In this document: in pieces, positions 1 through 9,526 of the stretch | Layout: each line of letters begins with the position of its first letter | Position numbering within the stretch: the first letter of the stretch is position 1 | Notes under the pieces: model-generated | Told to the model about the DNA's origin: nothing | Seen by the model: only the letters and a program-made list of their open reading frames with translations | The model's database searches: none | Origin: Candidatus Microgenomates bacterium | GTDB taxonomy: Bacteria > Patescibacteriota > Microgenomatia > UBA8517 | Reading direction: 5' to 3' | Length of the DNA: 64,000 nt | Assembly: GCA_049523135.1 (NCBI GenBank) | Contig: JBEKNE010000001.1 | Coordinates: 210,095-274,094, forward strand | Position numbers and translations under genes: made by a program

Positions 1-2
1 GC

Positions 3-230
3 TTCAGGCATTACAACCTGGCTATATATATCTGTGACACAAGCTCTGAGATTAACATTATGTGCATTGAAGGACACTGGAGAAGTGAGGCCAGTCAAAG
101 CGAATTTGAAGCAGGTCTCGTACTTGGTCGAAAGCTCGCTGCAACCCTCCCTGGGCAAAAATATACGGGTATGAAATATCCAACTAGCCGGATGCGCAAG
201 GCATGGAAGTCTGCAAAGAGATATAGATAA
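3..230 (+). CDS. Hypothetical protein, 3' part (truncated by window start)
   Basis: Frame 3 is open from the window edge to TAA at 228-230 (...GRKLAATLPGQKYTGMKYPTSRMRKAWKSAKRYR*) and is followed by a terminator. Confidence 0.55.
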   Translation, partial: FRHYNLAIYICDTSSEINIMCIEGHWRSEASQSEFEAGLVLGRKLAATLPGQKYTGMKYPTSRMRKAWKSAKRYR

Positions 231-248
231 ACAAAGACAAGTGCAGGT

Positions 249-289
249 TAGCCCTGAACAATAAGAAAAATGTTCAGGGCTATTTTTTT
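249..289 (+). terminator. Intrinsic terminator
   Basis: TAGCCCTGAACA / TGTTCAGGGCTA perfect 12-bp stem followed by T7. Confidence 0.85.
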
Positions 290-306
290 GGCAAAACCAG
301 CCTTGC

Positions 307-335
307 TTGCGCCCTGCCCAAACTTCTGATATAAT
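307..335 (+). promoter_or_regulatory. Sigma70-type promoter of the ribosomal protein operon
   Basis: TTGCGC-17 bp-TATAAT with extended TG. Confidence 0.7.
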
Positions 336-347
336 TCCCCTCGTAAC

Positions 348-436
348 ATGATAGTGGTATTGAATAACATCAGCCACGATAATTAGAGTTTTTGAGGGAA
401 GCCCCATCTAAGGCGCCTCTCAAAGGCGCTTTTTTG
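348..436 (+). promoter_or_regulatory. Attenuator-like leader: uORF MIVVLNNISHDN* (348-386), alternative hairpin and terminator
   Basis: TTTGAGGG (391-398) can pair with CTCTCAAA (417-424), competing with the terminator AAGGCGCCT/AGGCGCTTT plus T-run (410-436). Confidence 0.55.
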
Positions 437-483
437 TTGTTTAATGGCGAATCGGATTTGCCCCGATTTGCTCCAAAACCAAA

Positions 484-1272
484 ATGATAAATACGATTTT
501 AGGCTCAAAAGGAGTCAGCTCACAGACCTTTGTAGAAGGGTTTAGAGTTCCCGTTACAAAAGTAACCGCGGGGCCTTGTGTTGTGACCCAAATTAAATCT
601 CAGGATAAAGACGGTTACTGGGCAATTCAGATTGGATTTTCTTCTAGGAAAGCAAAACACACTTCAAAACCCCTTCAAGGACACCTCAAAGAAACTTCAA
701 AAGACAGCAAATTTCCAAGATATTTACAGGAAGTCAGAGTTGATAAAGAGCCTGAATTTAAAGTTGGAGATATAATCTCAGTCTCCGATATTTTGAAAGC
801 AGGAGATGTTGTTGCCGTAACGGGAGTCTCAAAAGGAAAAGGGTTTGCGGGGGTAGTTAAAAGACACCACTTTAAGGGAGGTCCCAGAACCCATGGACAA
901 TCCGATCGGGAGCGTGCTCCGGGATCAATTGGTCAGACAACTACTCCAGGAAGAGTCTACAGGGGAAAAAGAATGGCCGGAAGAATGGGCGGAGAGCAAA
1001 ATACCGTCAAGAATTTGCATATAATCTCAATTAATCCTGAAAATTCCGAGATTGAAGTCTCCGGACAAATACCCGGGCATCCCGGATCCCTAATTTCTAT
1101 CAGGAAAATTAAATCAGGAAGTCTGAAGGAGCTTGAACATGAAGTTGTTGCACAGGTAGTTGAAGGCGAAGCTCCTGCGGAGGAGGGAACCCCCGAAGTA
1201 GCAGCCAGTAGCCCGAAACCAGCAGAACCGGCAAAGGCGGATACCAAACAGACTGAACCAGCAAAAGAATAA
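484..1272 (+). CDS. rplC: 50S ribosomal protein uL3 with an Ala/Glu/Pro-rich C-terminal tail
   Basis: KGKGFAGVVKRHHF, THGQSDRERAPGSIG and GKRMAGRMG motifs. Confidence 0.97.
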   Translation: MINTILGSKGVSSQTFVEGFRVPVTKVTAGPCVVTQIKSQDKDGYWAIQIGFSSRKAKHTSKPLQGHLKETSKDSKFPRYLQEVRVDKEPEFKVGDIISVSDILKAGDVVAVTGVSKGKGFAGVVKRHHFKGGPRTHGQSDRERAPGSIGQTTTPGRVYRGKRMAGRMGGEQNTVKNLHIISINPENSEIEVSGQIPGHPGSLISIRKIKSGSLKELEHEVVAQVVEGEAPAEEGTPEVAASSPKPAEPAKADTKQTEPAKE

Positions 1273-1281
1273 AAAATAAAT

Positions 1282-1956
1282 ATGGCAAAAGTACAAATAT
1301 TTACAATAAAAGGAACAAAAACAGGTGAGATGAGCCTTCCTAAGGAATTTGAGCAGAAGGTAAATCTTCCTCTTTTGGCTCAAGCTATTCATATTTATGA
1401 GGAAAGAAGCCACGTTGGTCTCAGGAATACCAAAACAAGATCTGAGGTCAATAGGACCACAAAAAAGCTTTATAAACAAAAAGGAACCGGTGGAGCCCGT
1501 CACGGAAGCCGTCGTGCACCTATTTTTGTCGGCGGAGGTGTAACTTTTGGTCCGAGGCCCCTTCGAAGGGTTTTGAATTTATCGGATAAACTTAAAAGTC
1601 AGTCAAGACTTTTAGCCTATTCATTAAAAATCAGTGAAAAAGAATTAGTTCTTGTTTCCGGACTTGCCAAACTCGGAAAAACAAAAGAAGCACACACTTT
1701 TCTGAAAGCTTTGGAGAAAGCTACCGGCGCCAAAAGGTTTACTTTTGTTCTTTCGGAGAAGGCAACAGGGATTACAAAGTTTTTGAGAAATTTATCTCAG
1801 ACAGAAACCGTCTTTTATAAAGACGCAAACGCTTTTGATATTTTCAGGGGAGGAATGATTGTCATGGATGAGGAAATATTTGGGAGTAGCCCGAAAGAGG
1901 AAAAAAAGACGGTAAAAACAGTTAAAAAACAAGATACGAAAGAAATCAAAAAATAA
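1282..1956 (+). CDS. rplD: 50S ribosomal protein uL4
   Basis: TKTRSEV...KQKGTGGARHGSRRAPIFVGGG motif; operon order. Confidence 0.97.
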   Translation: MAKVQIFTIKGTKTGEMSLPKEFEQKVNLPLLAQAIHIYEERSHVGLRNTKTRSEVNRTTKKLYKQKGTGGARHGSRRAPIFVGGGVTFGPRPLRRVLNLSDKLKSQSRLLAYSLKISEKELVLVSGLAKLGKTKEAHTFLKALEKATGAKRFTFVLSEKATGITKFLRNLSQTETVFYKDANAFDIFRGGMIVMDEEIFGSSPKEEKKTVKTVKKQDTKEIKK

Positions 1957-1957
1957 T

Positions 1958-2233
1958 ATGTTGAAACCAATATTTACGGAAAAAAGTCTGAAAGACGCAA
2001 AACAAGGAAACTATACATTTAGTGTAGAACCCAGAATGAACAAAAAAAGAATTGCGGCAGAAATTGCCAAAATTTTTGATGTAAAAGTAACTCGCGTCAG
2101 AACATTAAAAACAGGCGGAGAGAAAGGAAGGAATGCCAAAGGTAGAAATTTCAGCTCCGTTGCCGGCAAGAAGGCCATAGTAACTCTTAAAGAAGGAGAT
2201 AAAATAGATGTTTTTGAGGAGGGCAAGAAATGA
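1958..2233 (+). CDS. rplW: 50S ribosomal protein uL23
   Basis: PIFTEKS and KKAIVTL motifs; operon order. Confidence 0.95.
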   Translation: MLKPIFTEKSLKDAKQGNYTFSVEPRMNKKRIAAEIAKIFDVKVTRVRTLKTGGEKGRNAKGRNFSSVAGKKAIVTLKEGDKIDVFEEGKK

Positions 2234-2985
2234 AACAACTAAAAACTATATTGGCTAAAAAATCAGGCAGAGGTCCTCATGGCAATGTCACCGTAAGGCA
2301 CCAGGGCAAGAGAGAAAAGAGATATTTGCGTACTGTTGATTTCAGAAGAGACAAAAAAGATATATGGGGAGCTGTTGAGGCAATAGAATACGATCCGAAT
2401 AGAAATGCCGAGCTTGCTAAGGTAAAATACGAGGATGGCGAAAGGCGTTACATACTTTCACCTTTCGGACTTGAGGTTGGTTCTAAAGTTATAGCTTCGG
2501 AAGAAGCACCGGTTGAGGCAGGAAATGCTCTTCCTTTGAGAGCTATTTCGGTAGGAACTCCGATTCATAATGTTGAGATAACTAAAGGAAAAGGCGGACA
2601 GCTGGTAAAAGGTGCGGGAAGTACGGCAGTTGTATTTGGAAAAGAAGACAACTGGGTCTTGGTAAAACTTCCTTCAGGAGAAATCAGAAGATTCGATCCG
2701 GATTGCTCGGCTGAGGTTGGACAGGTCGGAAATATCGATGCCAAGAATGAGGTAATTCACAAGGCGGGACGCGTCAGGCATATGGGAATCCGCCCGTCCG
2801 TCAGAGGTGTAGCCATGAATCCGCATTCACATCCGCATGGAGGTGGAGAAGGAAGAAGCGGCGTCGGATTAAAATATCAAAAGACGGTCTACGGCAGGAA
2901 AGCTGTTGGAAAGACCAGAAACAAAAAGAAATATTCCAACCGTTTGATAATTCAGAGGAGAGGGGGAAAAGCGGTTTTAGGTTAA
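2230..2985 (+). CDS. rplB: 50S ribosomal protein uL2
   Basis: IEYDPNR and [22 protein letters not shown] motifs. Confidence 0.97.
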   Translation: MKQLKTILAKKSGRGPHGNVTVRHQGKREKRYLRTVDFRRDKKDIWGAVEAIEYDPNRNAELAKVKYEDGERRYILSPFGLEVGSKVIASEEAPVEAGNALPLRAISVGTPIHNVEITKGKGGQLVKGAGSTAVVFGKEDNWVLVKLPSGEIRRFDPDCSAEVGQVGNIDAKNEVIHKAGRVRHMGIRPSVRGVAMNPHSHPHGGGEGRSGVGLKYQKTVYGRKAVGKTRNKKKYSNRLIIQRRGGKAVLG

Positions 2986-2989
2986 TTCT

Positions 2990-3271
2990 ATGGCAAGAAG
3001 TTCTAAAAAAGGGCCTTTTGTAGACCCGATACTGGTTAAAAAAATAGAGAAGGGAATGGGCTCGAAAGAAAGCCCTATCAAAACGTGGTCAAGAAGGTGT
3101 CAAATTTCACCGGAGTTTGTCGGAAAGTATTTTCAGGTTCATAACGGCCATGTTTTTATTGATGTTTTTGTGACCGAAGATATGGTTGGACACGCTTTGG
3201 GGGAATTTTCTCCCACCAGAACATTCAGAGGACACGGAGAAATCGTGAAGAGAACTTTGGAGAAAACGTAA
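2990..3271 (+). CDS. rpsS: 30S ribosomal protein uS19
   Basis: [10 protein letters not shown] and [13 protein letters not shown] motifs. Confidence 0.97.
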   Translation: MARSSKKGPFVDPILVKKIEKGMGSKESPIKTWSRRCQISPEFVGKYFQVHNGHVFIDVFVTEDMVGHALGEFSPTRTFRGHGEIVKRTLEKT

Positions 3272-3275
3272 TCAT

Positions 3276-3692
3276 ATGGAAAAAGAATTTAAAGCAACAC
3301 AAAAATATCTTTTGATGAGCCCGAGAAAAATCAGGCTGGTAGTGGATGTTGTCAAAAAAATGAAACCTACCGAAGCGGTAGAAAAATTGCCTTTTGTACA
3401 AAAAAGAGCCGGTGCGGAACTTGCCAAAGTCATTAAAAGTGCTATTGCTTCCGCCAAAGCTCAGGGAATTTCCGAGACAGATTTGGTATTTAAAGAGATT
3501 CAAATAGGTGAAGGGCCAAGACTCAAAAGGGGTATCGCCGTAAGCCGCGGAATGTGGCATCCGATTAAAAAGAGAATGAGCCATATAAGAGTTATTTTGA
3601 CAATTCTTAAAAAAGAAGAGGTAAAGGCAAAAACTGAAAAAGTTATTGAAGAAAAAGTAGAAAAGAAAGGAAAAAATGGGACAAAAAGTTAA
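3276..3692 (+). CDS. rplV: 50S ribosomal protein uL22
   Basis: SPRKIRLV, GPRLKR and KRMSHI motifs. Confidence 0.96.
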   Translation: MEKEFKATQKYLLMSPRKIRLVVDVVKKMKPTEAVEKLPFVQKRAGAELAKVIKSAIASAKAQGISETDLVFKEIQIGEGPRLKRGIAVSRGMWHPIKKRMSHIRVILTILKKEEVKAKTEKVIEEKVEKKGKNGTKS

Positions 3693-4326
3693 TCCAATCG
3701 GTATAAGAATAGGCAGTTTCCTACCTTGGAAGTCAAGGTGGTTTGCTGATCAGGGAAATTTCCGGAATTTCCTGATTGAGGACGTGAGAATCAGAAAAGA
3801 ACTAACCAAGAAGTTGAAGCTGGCAGGAGTAACCGGAGTTGAAATCGAAAGATTGCCTAAAAGCATGGTGGTAATAATTACGGTTAGCCGTCCGGGAGTT
3901 GTTATTGGTAGAGGGGGAACCGGAATAGAAGATGTTAAAAAGTACATTTTGGGAATTATGAGTGAAGTCAGGAGGAAACCTGTAAAAGATCTTAAGATTG
4001 ATATAAGGATTAATGAAGTAAAAAATCCCGAACTTTCGGCATATTTGGTTGCGGAAAGAATTGCGGGGGAAATGGAAAGAAGAATCCCCCACAGACGTGC
4101 GGTTCAGAAAGCAATTGAACGTGTGATGGCATCCGGAGCTCTTGGGGTTAAAGTAGTTGTTGCTGGTCGTATAAACGGCGCGGAAATTTCCAGAGTTGAA
4201 AAATTCCATCAGGGTTCGGTTCCAACACAAACTTTGCGCGAGAATTTGGATTATGCCCAAGTTCCGGCACTTTTGAAGAGGGGTTATGTAGGGGTAAAAG
4301 TTTGGATTCACAAAAAGCAGGAATAA
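3676..4326 (+). CDS. rpsC: 30S ribosomal protein uS3
   Basis: MGQKVNPIGIR start, KH motif RPGVVIGRGG, GVKVWI. Confidence 0.97.
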   Translation: MGQKVNPIGIRIGSFLPWKSRWFADQGNFRNFLIEDVRIRKELTKKLKLAGVTGVEIERLPKSMVVIITVSRPGVVIGRGGTGIEDVKKYILGIMSEVRRKPVKDLKIDIRINEVKNPELSAYLVAERIAGEMERRIPHRRAVQKAIERVMASGALGVKVVVAGRINGAEISRVEKFHQGSVPTQTLRENLDYAQVPALLKRGYVGVKVWIHKKQE

Positions 4327-4339
4327 TTTATAAAGTACT

Positions 4340-4750
4340 ATGTTACAACCAAAAAGGAGAAAATATATAAAAGAATTTAGAGGCAGGCGACACGGCGTTG
4401 CAACCCGCGGGAGTGCAATTTCTTTTGGGGATATGGCAATGAAGGCTCAGGAAGTTTCATGGATCACATCAGCTCAGATTGAAGCCGCAAGACGTACAAT
4501 TACCCATGGTCTGAGAAAAGGTGGAAGAGTTTGGGTAAGAATTTTTCCTGATAAACCAATTACTGCGAGGCCCGCAGGAAAAAGAATGGGTGGAGGTAAA
4601 GGTGATATTTCAACTTATGTTGCTGTAGTGAGACCGGGAACAATCCTTTTTGAAGTTGCGGGTGCCGACCCTGAGATAGTCAAGGAAGCTTTTAGAAAAG
4701 CCGGAGCAAAATTGCCTATAAGTGTAAAGACGATTAGTAGACAGGAATAA
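4340..4750 (+). CDS. rplP: 50S ribosomal protein uL16
   Basis: MLQPKR, QIEAARR and RMGGGKG motifs. Confidence 0.97.
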   Translation: MLQPKRRKYIKEFRGRRHGVATRGSAISFGDMAMKAQEVSWITSAQIEAARRTITHGLRKGGRVWVRIFPDKPITARPAGKRMGGGKGDISTYVAVVRPGTILFEVAGADPEIVKEAFRKAGAKLPISVKTISRQE

Positions 4751-4759
4751 TATTCTGAT

Positions 4760-4975
4760 ATGAAAAGAAAAGATTTTACCGGTTTAAGAGAGAAAACAAT
4801 CAAAGACTTGAAAGCCTTGGCTTCCAAGAAGAGAATTGAATCCATTAAAACAAAAATGGGGATAATGTCCGGAAAAGAGAAAAATCTGAAATTGCACAGG
4901 AATTTAGATAGAGAAATTGCTAAAATACTAACCTTGATCAGGGAAAAAGAGATAATTGAGAAATTACAACCATGA
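4760..4975 (+). CDS. rpmC: 50S ribosomal protein uL29
   Basis: Position between L16 and S17; REIAKILT motif. Confidence 0.88.
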   Translation: MKRKDFTGLREKTIKDLKALASKKRIESIKTKMGIMSGKEKNLKLHRNLDREIAKILTLIREKEIIEKLQP

Positions 4976-5220
4976 AAATTTTTATCGGTAAAGTAATCGG
5001 CACAAAACAAGCAAAAACAGCCACCGTTGCTGTGGAGCGGATGGTTATAGCTCCTATTTACAAAAAAAGATTTAAGAGACTAACCAAGTTTCAAGTTCAT
5101 GACGAAATCGGCGTAAAAGTCGGCGATATGGTTAAGTTCGCAGACTCCCGACCTTACTCTAAAACAAAAAAGTGGAAAATTACTAAAGTGATGGATACCA
5201 AGAAAGGAGCGAAAGCTTAA
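4972..5220 (+). CDS. rpsQ: 30S ribosomal protein uS17
   Basis: KTATVAVE, HDE...GD and RPYSKTKKW motifs. Confidence 0.96.
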   Translation: MKIFIGKVIGTKQAKTATVAVERMVIAPIYKKRFKRLTKFQVHDEIGVKVGDMVKFADSRPYSKTKKWKITKVMDTKKGAKA

Positions 5221-5221
5221 A

Positions 5222-5587
5222 ATGTTGCAACTTAGAAGCATACTGGTACCGGCGGATAATAGCGGAGCAAGAAGGATTATGGTAATCGGTGTTCCCGGGA
5301 GAGTCGGCAAGTTTGCAACTCTTGGAGATGTTGTTTTAGGAGTTGTCAAGGAAGCCGATCCGGCAGGAATTGTCGGACATCACGAAAAAGTCAAAGTACT
5401 TATTGTGCGCACAAGGAAAGAAGTCAGAAGGCGTGACGGAAGCTATATCAGATTTGATGATAATGCGGGAGTTGTTATAGATAAACAAGGTCTTCCCCGC
5501 GGCACCAGAATTTTAGGGCCGATTGCAAGGGAAGTTAAGGAAGCCGGTTATAACAAAATAGCATCACTCGCCCGTGAGGTAGTATAA
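5222..5587 (+). CDS. rplN: 50S ribosomal protein uL14
   Basis: ADNSGA, IRFDDNA and GTRILGPIARE motifs. Confidence 0.97.
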   Translation: MLQLRSILVPADNSGARRIMVIGVPGRVGKFATLGDVVLGVVKEADPAGIVGHHEKVKVLIVRTRKEVRRRDGSYIRFDDNAGVVIDKQGLPRGTRILGPIAREVKEAGYNKIASLAREVV

Positions 5588-5597
5588 AAATAAAAAT

Positions 5598-5912
5598 ATG
5601 GTCAAATTTAAAATTGGAGATACAGTTAAAGTAACGGCAGGAAAAGATAAAGGCAGAGAGGGAAAAATTGAAAAAGTCCTGTCTGCCGAGAGAAAAGTAG
5701 TAATTCCTGAGGTAAATCTCTATAAAAAACATGTTAAGGGTTTTGGAGATGTAAAAGGAGGAATTTATAGTATTCCCAGAGGTTTGGGATTTGGCAAGAT
5801 TGCTCTGATTTGTCCGAAGTGCAAGAAAATTACAAGGGTTGGTTTTAAGTTCGCGGGAGAGGAAAAAGTGCGCATTTGTAAAAAATGCGGAAAGGAGATT
5901 GACACAAAATGA
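5598..5912 (+). CDS. rplX: 50S ribosomal protein uL24 (with CxxC...CxxC)
   Basis: KOW motif GDTVKVTAGKDKG. Confidence 0.96.
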   Translation: MVKFKIGDTVKVTAGKDKGREGKIEKVLSAERKVVIPEVNLYKKHVKGFGDVKGGIYSIPRGLGFGKIALICPKCKKITRVGFKFAGEEKVRICKKCGKEIDTK

Positions 5913-6466
5913 TAGGCAGATTACAAGAAAAATACGAAAAAGAAGTTAAAGGGACTTTGGCTAAGGAATTTGGTATCAAAAATGGCCTTGCTACCCCAAG
6001 AGTGGAAAAGGTTGTCATTAATATGGGAATTGGGTCAATTGCTAAAAATCAGCAACAGTTGGATGCTTTGAAAAAAGATTTGGCAGTGGTTGCCGGACAG
6101 GCTCCCTCCGTCCGTAATGCGAAAGTCTCGATAGCCAGTTTTTCCCTTAGAGCCGGAATGCCGGTAGGCTTAAGCGTTACTTTGAGAAAAGAACGTATGT
6201 ATGCCTTTTTGGATAAGCTTTTTTCAATAGTTTTGCCGCGCTTGAGGGATTTTAGAGGAGTATCATTAAAATCTTTTGATAAAATAGGAAATTATACATT
6301 AGGGTTTGAAGAGCATACTGTTTTTCCGGAAATTGATCCGACCAAAAGCGCCAATGCCCACGGTCTTGAAGTCACAATTGTGACAACAGCCAAAGATAAG
6401 GAGCAGGCAAAAAGACTTTTGGAGCTCTTGGGATGCCCGTTTGTGAAGGAGGAAATTAAAAAATGA
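5909..6466 (+). CDS. rplE: 50S ribosomal protein uL5
   Basis: [16 protein letters not shown] and FPEI motifs. Confidence 0.97.
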   Translation: MIGRLQEKYEKEVKGTLAKEFGIKNGLATPRVEKVVINMGIGSIAKNQQQLDALKKDLAVVAGQAPSVRNAKVSIASFSLRAGMPVGLSVTLRKERMYAFLDKLFSIVLPRLRDFRGVSLKSFDKIGNYTLGFEEHTVFPEIDPTKSANAHGLEVTIVTTAKDKEQAKRLLELLGCPFVKEEIKK

Positions 6467-6648
6467 GTACAACTGCAAAAGAAGTAAGAGAGACAAAGAA
6501 ACTGAAATACAAAGTTCGATATCACAACAGATGCAAAATCTGCGGCAGATCGCGTGGATATCTTAGGAAATACGGAATATGCAGGCTTTGTTTTAGGGAA
6601 TATGCTCTTAAGGGAGAAATCCCGGGAGTTAGAAAGGCATCATGGTAA
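6463..6648 (+). CDS. rpsN: 30S ribosomal protein uS14, zinc-binding (type Z)
   Basis: RCKICGR...CRLCFRE...GVRKASW. Confidence 0.97.
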   Translation: MSTTAKEVRETKKLKYKVRYHNRCKICGRSRGYLRKYGICRLCFREYALKGEIPGVRKASW

Positions 6649-7031
6649 AAGCAAGAACTAATTATCCGGTTGGAGATTTTTTGATAAGACTTAAAAATGC
6701 CGCAATGGCGGGAAATAAAAAGGTGGATGCCAGTCCCGACAAGCAGATAAAAGCTATCGCCGAGGCTCTTAAAAAAATGGGTTATCTGGATGAAGTAAAA
6801 AGTGAGAAAGGAACTTTAACCGTTTCTCTGACTTTTAAGAATAAGGAGCCAAGACTTATGAATCTAAAACTTGTCTCAAAGCCGGGCTTAAGGGTTTATT
6901 TGGGAGCTGATGAGCTTGAAGAAAAGAAAGGTCCGTCGGTTTTTTTGGTTTCAACACCAAAAGGAGTAATTTCTTCGCTGCAGGCAATTAAAAACCGCGC
7001 AGGGGGAGAAGTTATAGCCGAAATTTGGTAA
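6642..7031 (+). CDS. rpsH: 30S ribosomal protein uS8
   Basis: [13 protein letters not shown] and GGEV motifs. Confidence 0.96.
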   Translation: MVKARTNYPVGDFLIRLKNAAMAGNKKVDASPDKQIKAIAEALKKMGYLDEVKSEKGTLTVSLTFKNKEPRLMNLKLVSKPGLRVYLGADELEEKKGPSVFLVSTPKGVISSLQAIKNRAGGEVIAEIW

Positions 7032-7041
7032 TAATAAAAAA

Positions 7042-7596
7042 ATGAGCAAAATTGGAAAACAACCGGTAATAATTCCGTCAGGAGTAACAGTTGAAGTTAG
7101 TGGTCATGATGTCAAAGTCACAGGGCCTAAGGGAACTTTGGAAAAACATTTTCCGCCGGAAATTAATGTTGAGGTTAAGGACGGTAAAGTTTTTGTAACC
7201 GCTAAAGGATCCGGAAAATATGTTACATCCTTACATGGAACAACAAGAGCTCTGATAAATAACGATGTAAAAGGTGTTTCGGAAAGTTGGAGCAAAAAAC
7301 TGGAATTAGTAGGAACGGGATTTAAGGCGGAGCTGAGCGGCAATGTTTTATCGCTTACCGTCGGCTATTCCCACCCCGTAAAAATAGAGGCACCGGATGG
7401 GATTAGTTTTAAGATTGAAAAAACAATCGTCACAGTTGAAGGAGCCAATAGGGAACTTGTCGGACAGGTATCTGCTAATATCCGCGCAGTCAGACCTCCG
7501 GAACCCTACAAAGGAAAAGGAATTAAATATACGGATGAGGTGATAAGAAGAAAGGCCGGTAAAGCAGCCGCAACAAAAGCAGGTCCGGCAGCTTAA
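7042..7596 (+). CDS. rplF: 50S ribosomal protein uL6
   Basis: MSKIGK start and RPPEPYKGKGI motif. Confidence 0.97.
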   Translation: MSKIGKQPVIIPSGVTVEVSGHDVKVTGPKGTLEKHFPPEINVEVKDGKVFVTAKGSGKYVTSLHGTTRALINNDVKGVSESWSKKLELVGTGFKAELSGNVLSLTVGYSHPVKIEAPDGISFKIEKTIVTVEGANRELVGQVSANIRAVRPPEPYKGKGIKYTDEVIRRKAGKAAATKAGPAA

Positions 7597-7605
7597 AGCG
7601 CAAAA

Positions 7606-7968
7606 ATGAAAAAATTACAATTAAAAACAAAAAGATATATTCAAAGAAAAAACCGTGTCAGGTCTAAAGTGGTGGGAAGTGCCTCCCGCCCAAGGCTTTC
7701 CGTTTTCCGGTCAAATAGTCATATTTACGGACAAATTATTAATGATGAAAAGGGAGTAACATTAGTGGCTTTTTCCGACCTGAAAATTAAGAAGGCGGAT
7801 AAAAAGATGACAAAAGTAGAAGTGGCCGGACAAGTTGGAGAAGAAATTGCCAAATTGGCTTTGACTAAGAAGATTAAAACAGTTATTTTTGACAGGAACG
7901 GATTCAGGTTCCACGGCAGAGTTAAAGCTTTGGCTGAAGGAGCAAGAAAAGGAGGTTTACAATTTTAA
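7606..7968 (+). CDS. rplR: 50S ribosomal protein uL18
   Basis: RPRLSVFRSN and FDRNGFRFHGRVKALA motifs. Confidence 0.97.
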   Translation: MKKLQLKTKRYIQRKNRVRSKVVGSASRPRLSVFRSNSHIYGQIINDEKGVTLVAFSDLKIKKADKKMTKVEVAGQVGEEIAKLALTKKIKTVIFDRNGFRFHGRVKALAEGARKGGLQF

Positions 7969-7970
7969 AC

Positions 7971-8465
7971 ATGGCAAATTTTAATAGAGGCAGAAACAAT
8001 AATTATCAGGGCCCGCCCAAAGAATTTGAGGAAACTGTTGTCCAAATCAATAGGATCAGCAAGAAAACCAAAGGCGGAAACCAAATCAGATTTTCGGCGC
8101 TGGTTGTTGTGGGTGATAAAAAGGGAAAAGTGGGAGTCGGTCTTGCCAAGGCTACCGATGTGCGAAATGCCATAAGAAAGTCGGTAGATGCGGCCAAGAG
8201 AAAAATGACAATGATTCCTCTTGCGGGAACTACCGTTCCTTACTCCGTTCACGAAAAGTTTTCTGCAGCCGAAGTTTTGCTTAAGCCGGCCCCTCCAGGA
8301 TCAGGAATTATTGCGGGAGGCGCCATGAGAGTTGTACTTGAAGCGGCAGGTGTTAGGGATGCAGTAGGTAGAATTTTAGGAACAAAAAATAAAGTTTCAA
8401 ATGTTTACGCAACACTTAAAGCCTTGGAAAAGATTTCTGAAATAGTTGAAATGAAGAGAAAATAA
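7971..8465 (+). CDS. rpsE: 30S ribosomal protein uS5
   Basis: KGGNQIRFSALVVVGD and PAPPGSGIIAGG motifs. Confidence 0.97.
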   Translation: MANFNRGRNNNYQGPPKEFEETVVQINRISKKTKGGNQIRFSALVVVGDKKGKVGVGLAKATDVRNAIRKSVDAAKRKMTMIPLAGTTVPYSVHEKFSAAEVLLKPAPPGSGIIAGGAMRVVLEAAGVRDAVGRILGTKNKVSNVYATLKALEKISEIVEMKRK

Positions 8466-8467
8466 TT

Positions 8468-8740
8468 ATGATACGTTTACCAAAAGTCACCGAAAGAAGA
8501 AAAAAGAGAGTTGGACGTGGAATGGGAAGCGGAAAAGGATCCCATACCTCCGGCCGTGGTCAAAAAGGACAAAAAAGCAGAGGAAACAAAATCGGTGTTC
8601 TTTTTGAAGGAATGAAAATGAAAAAGTCTTATCTTAAAAGACTTCCTTTAATGCGCGGAAAAGGAAAATTCCATGCAAAAGTAGGCAGGCGCGAAAAAAT
8701 TGCGGGCTTCAAGGCTAAAAAAGCCAAGACTTCAAAATAA
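8468..8740 (+). CDS. rplO: 50S ribosomal protein uL15, truncated (N-terminal arm only, 90 aa)
   Basis: RVGRGMGSGKG..SGRGQKGQKSR, FEG and RLP motifs present; no C-terminal globular domain. Confidence 0.88.
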   Translation: MIRLPKVTERRKKRVGRGMGSGKGSHTSGRGQKGQKSRGNKIGVLFEGMKMKKSYLKRLPLMRGKGKFHAKVGRREKIAGFKAKKAKTSK

Positions 8741-8839
8741 AAAGTTTATATTTTGGGATATTTTGCCAACAAAAAACCTGAAACAGTATCCTTTTTAGGG
8801 GGCCTATTTCAGGTTCTTTGCACTTCAATTGCGGTTTTT

Positions 8840-9190
8840 TTAACTGATCAGTACGGTAAGACCTTTTTTGTGAGTACGTCTTTCCAACTTCCTGATCAGG
8901 TCCAGATAATCTTGGTCAGAATAACCATGCGTCCTTCTAACTGTGAACCAGTTATTTATTTCGGCATCTTTAGGATGCACTGACCAAATGTGTTTGTACT
9001 TTCGTTTGCTGGCGTCACCAAAGTGTACGTTTACGCAAACGAACTCGGCCCTATCGTAAATTTCTTTGGCTTGTTGGCCGGTAGTCCATAAGTCGTGTTT
9101 CCAATCGGTATTATCTGGACGGACCTCAACAACCTTTAGATATGGTTGTTCGTGGTAATAATACAAACGAGTGATCCCATCTGGTTCCAT
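8840..9190 (-). CDS. Hypothetical protein (116 aa), antisense islet
   Basis: ORF with SD AAGGAG upstream; second gene of a two-gene minus-strand unit. Confidence 0.7.
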   Translation of the reverse strand: MEPDGITRLYYYHEQPYLKVVEVRPDNTDWKHDLWTTGQQAKEIYDRAEFVCVNVHFGDASKRKYKHIWSVHPKDAEINNWFTVRRTHGYSDQDYLDLIRKLERRTHKKGLTVLIS

Positions 9191-9203
9191 CTTTTTCTCC
9201 TTT

Positions 9204-9398
9204 TTAAATATTTCTGAAAATTAGTATGACAACGATTATTACCCCGATCTCAATAGCAATCAATATTTTTTGTTGAGATTTGGATAAACCCGTTAGAAAG
9301 ACCACGAATTTCCGAATCGGCTTTCGTAGAAAATAACCGATCAAGATTGCAACAAAAACAGTAATAACAGTAGTGACCAACACGATTAAAAAATTCAT
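9204..9398 (-). CDS. Small membrane protein (64 aa, two hydrophobic segments)
   Basis: Perfect SD AAGGAGGT 3 nt upstream of ATG; two hydrophobic stretches. Confidence 0.72.
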   Translation of the reverse strand: MNFLIVLVTTVITVFVAILIGYFLRKPIRKFVVFLTGLSKSQQKILIAIEIGVIIVVILIFRNI

Positions 9399-9419
9399 TT
9401 TACCTCCTTTTTGGTTTGA

Positions 9420-9481
9420 TTGAATGAGTAGCCCTTTAGGTATACCAGGTTACTTTGATATCCAAGGGGCTACCCACTCAA
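9420..9481 (-). other. Long RNA stem-loop in the islet leader
   Basis: TTGAGTGGGTAGCCC / GGGCTACTCATTCAA 15-bp stem; both non-Watson-Crick pairs are G-U only on the minus strand. Confidence 0.65.
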
Positions 9482-9526
9482 GTTGGAAAGAAAATCCGCA
9501 ATATTTGAAAGTGCAAAACTAAGCCT

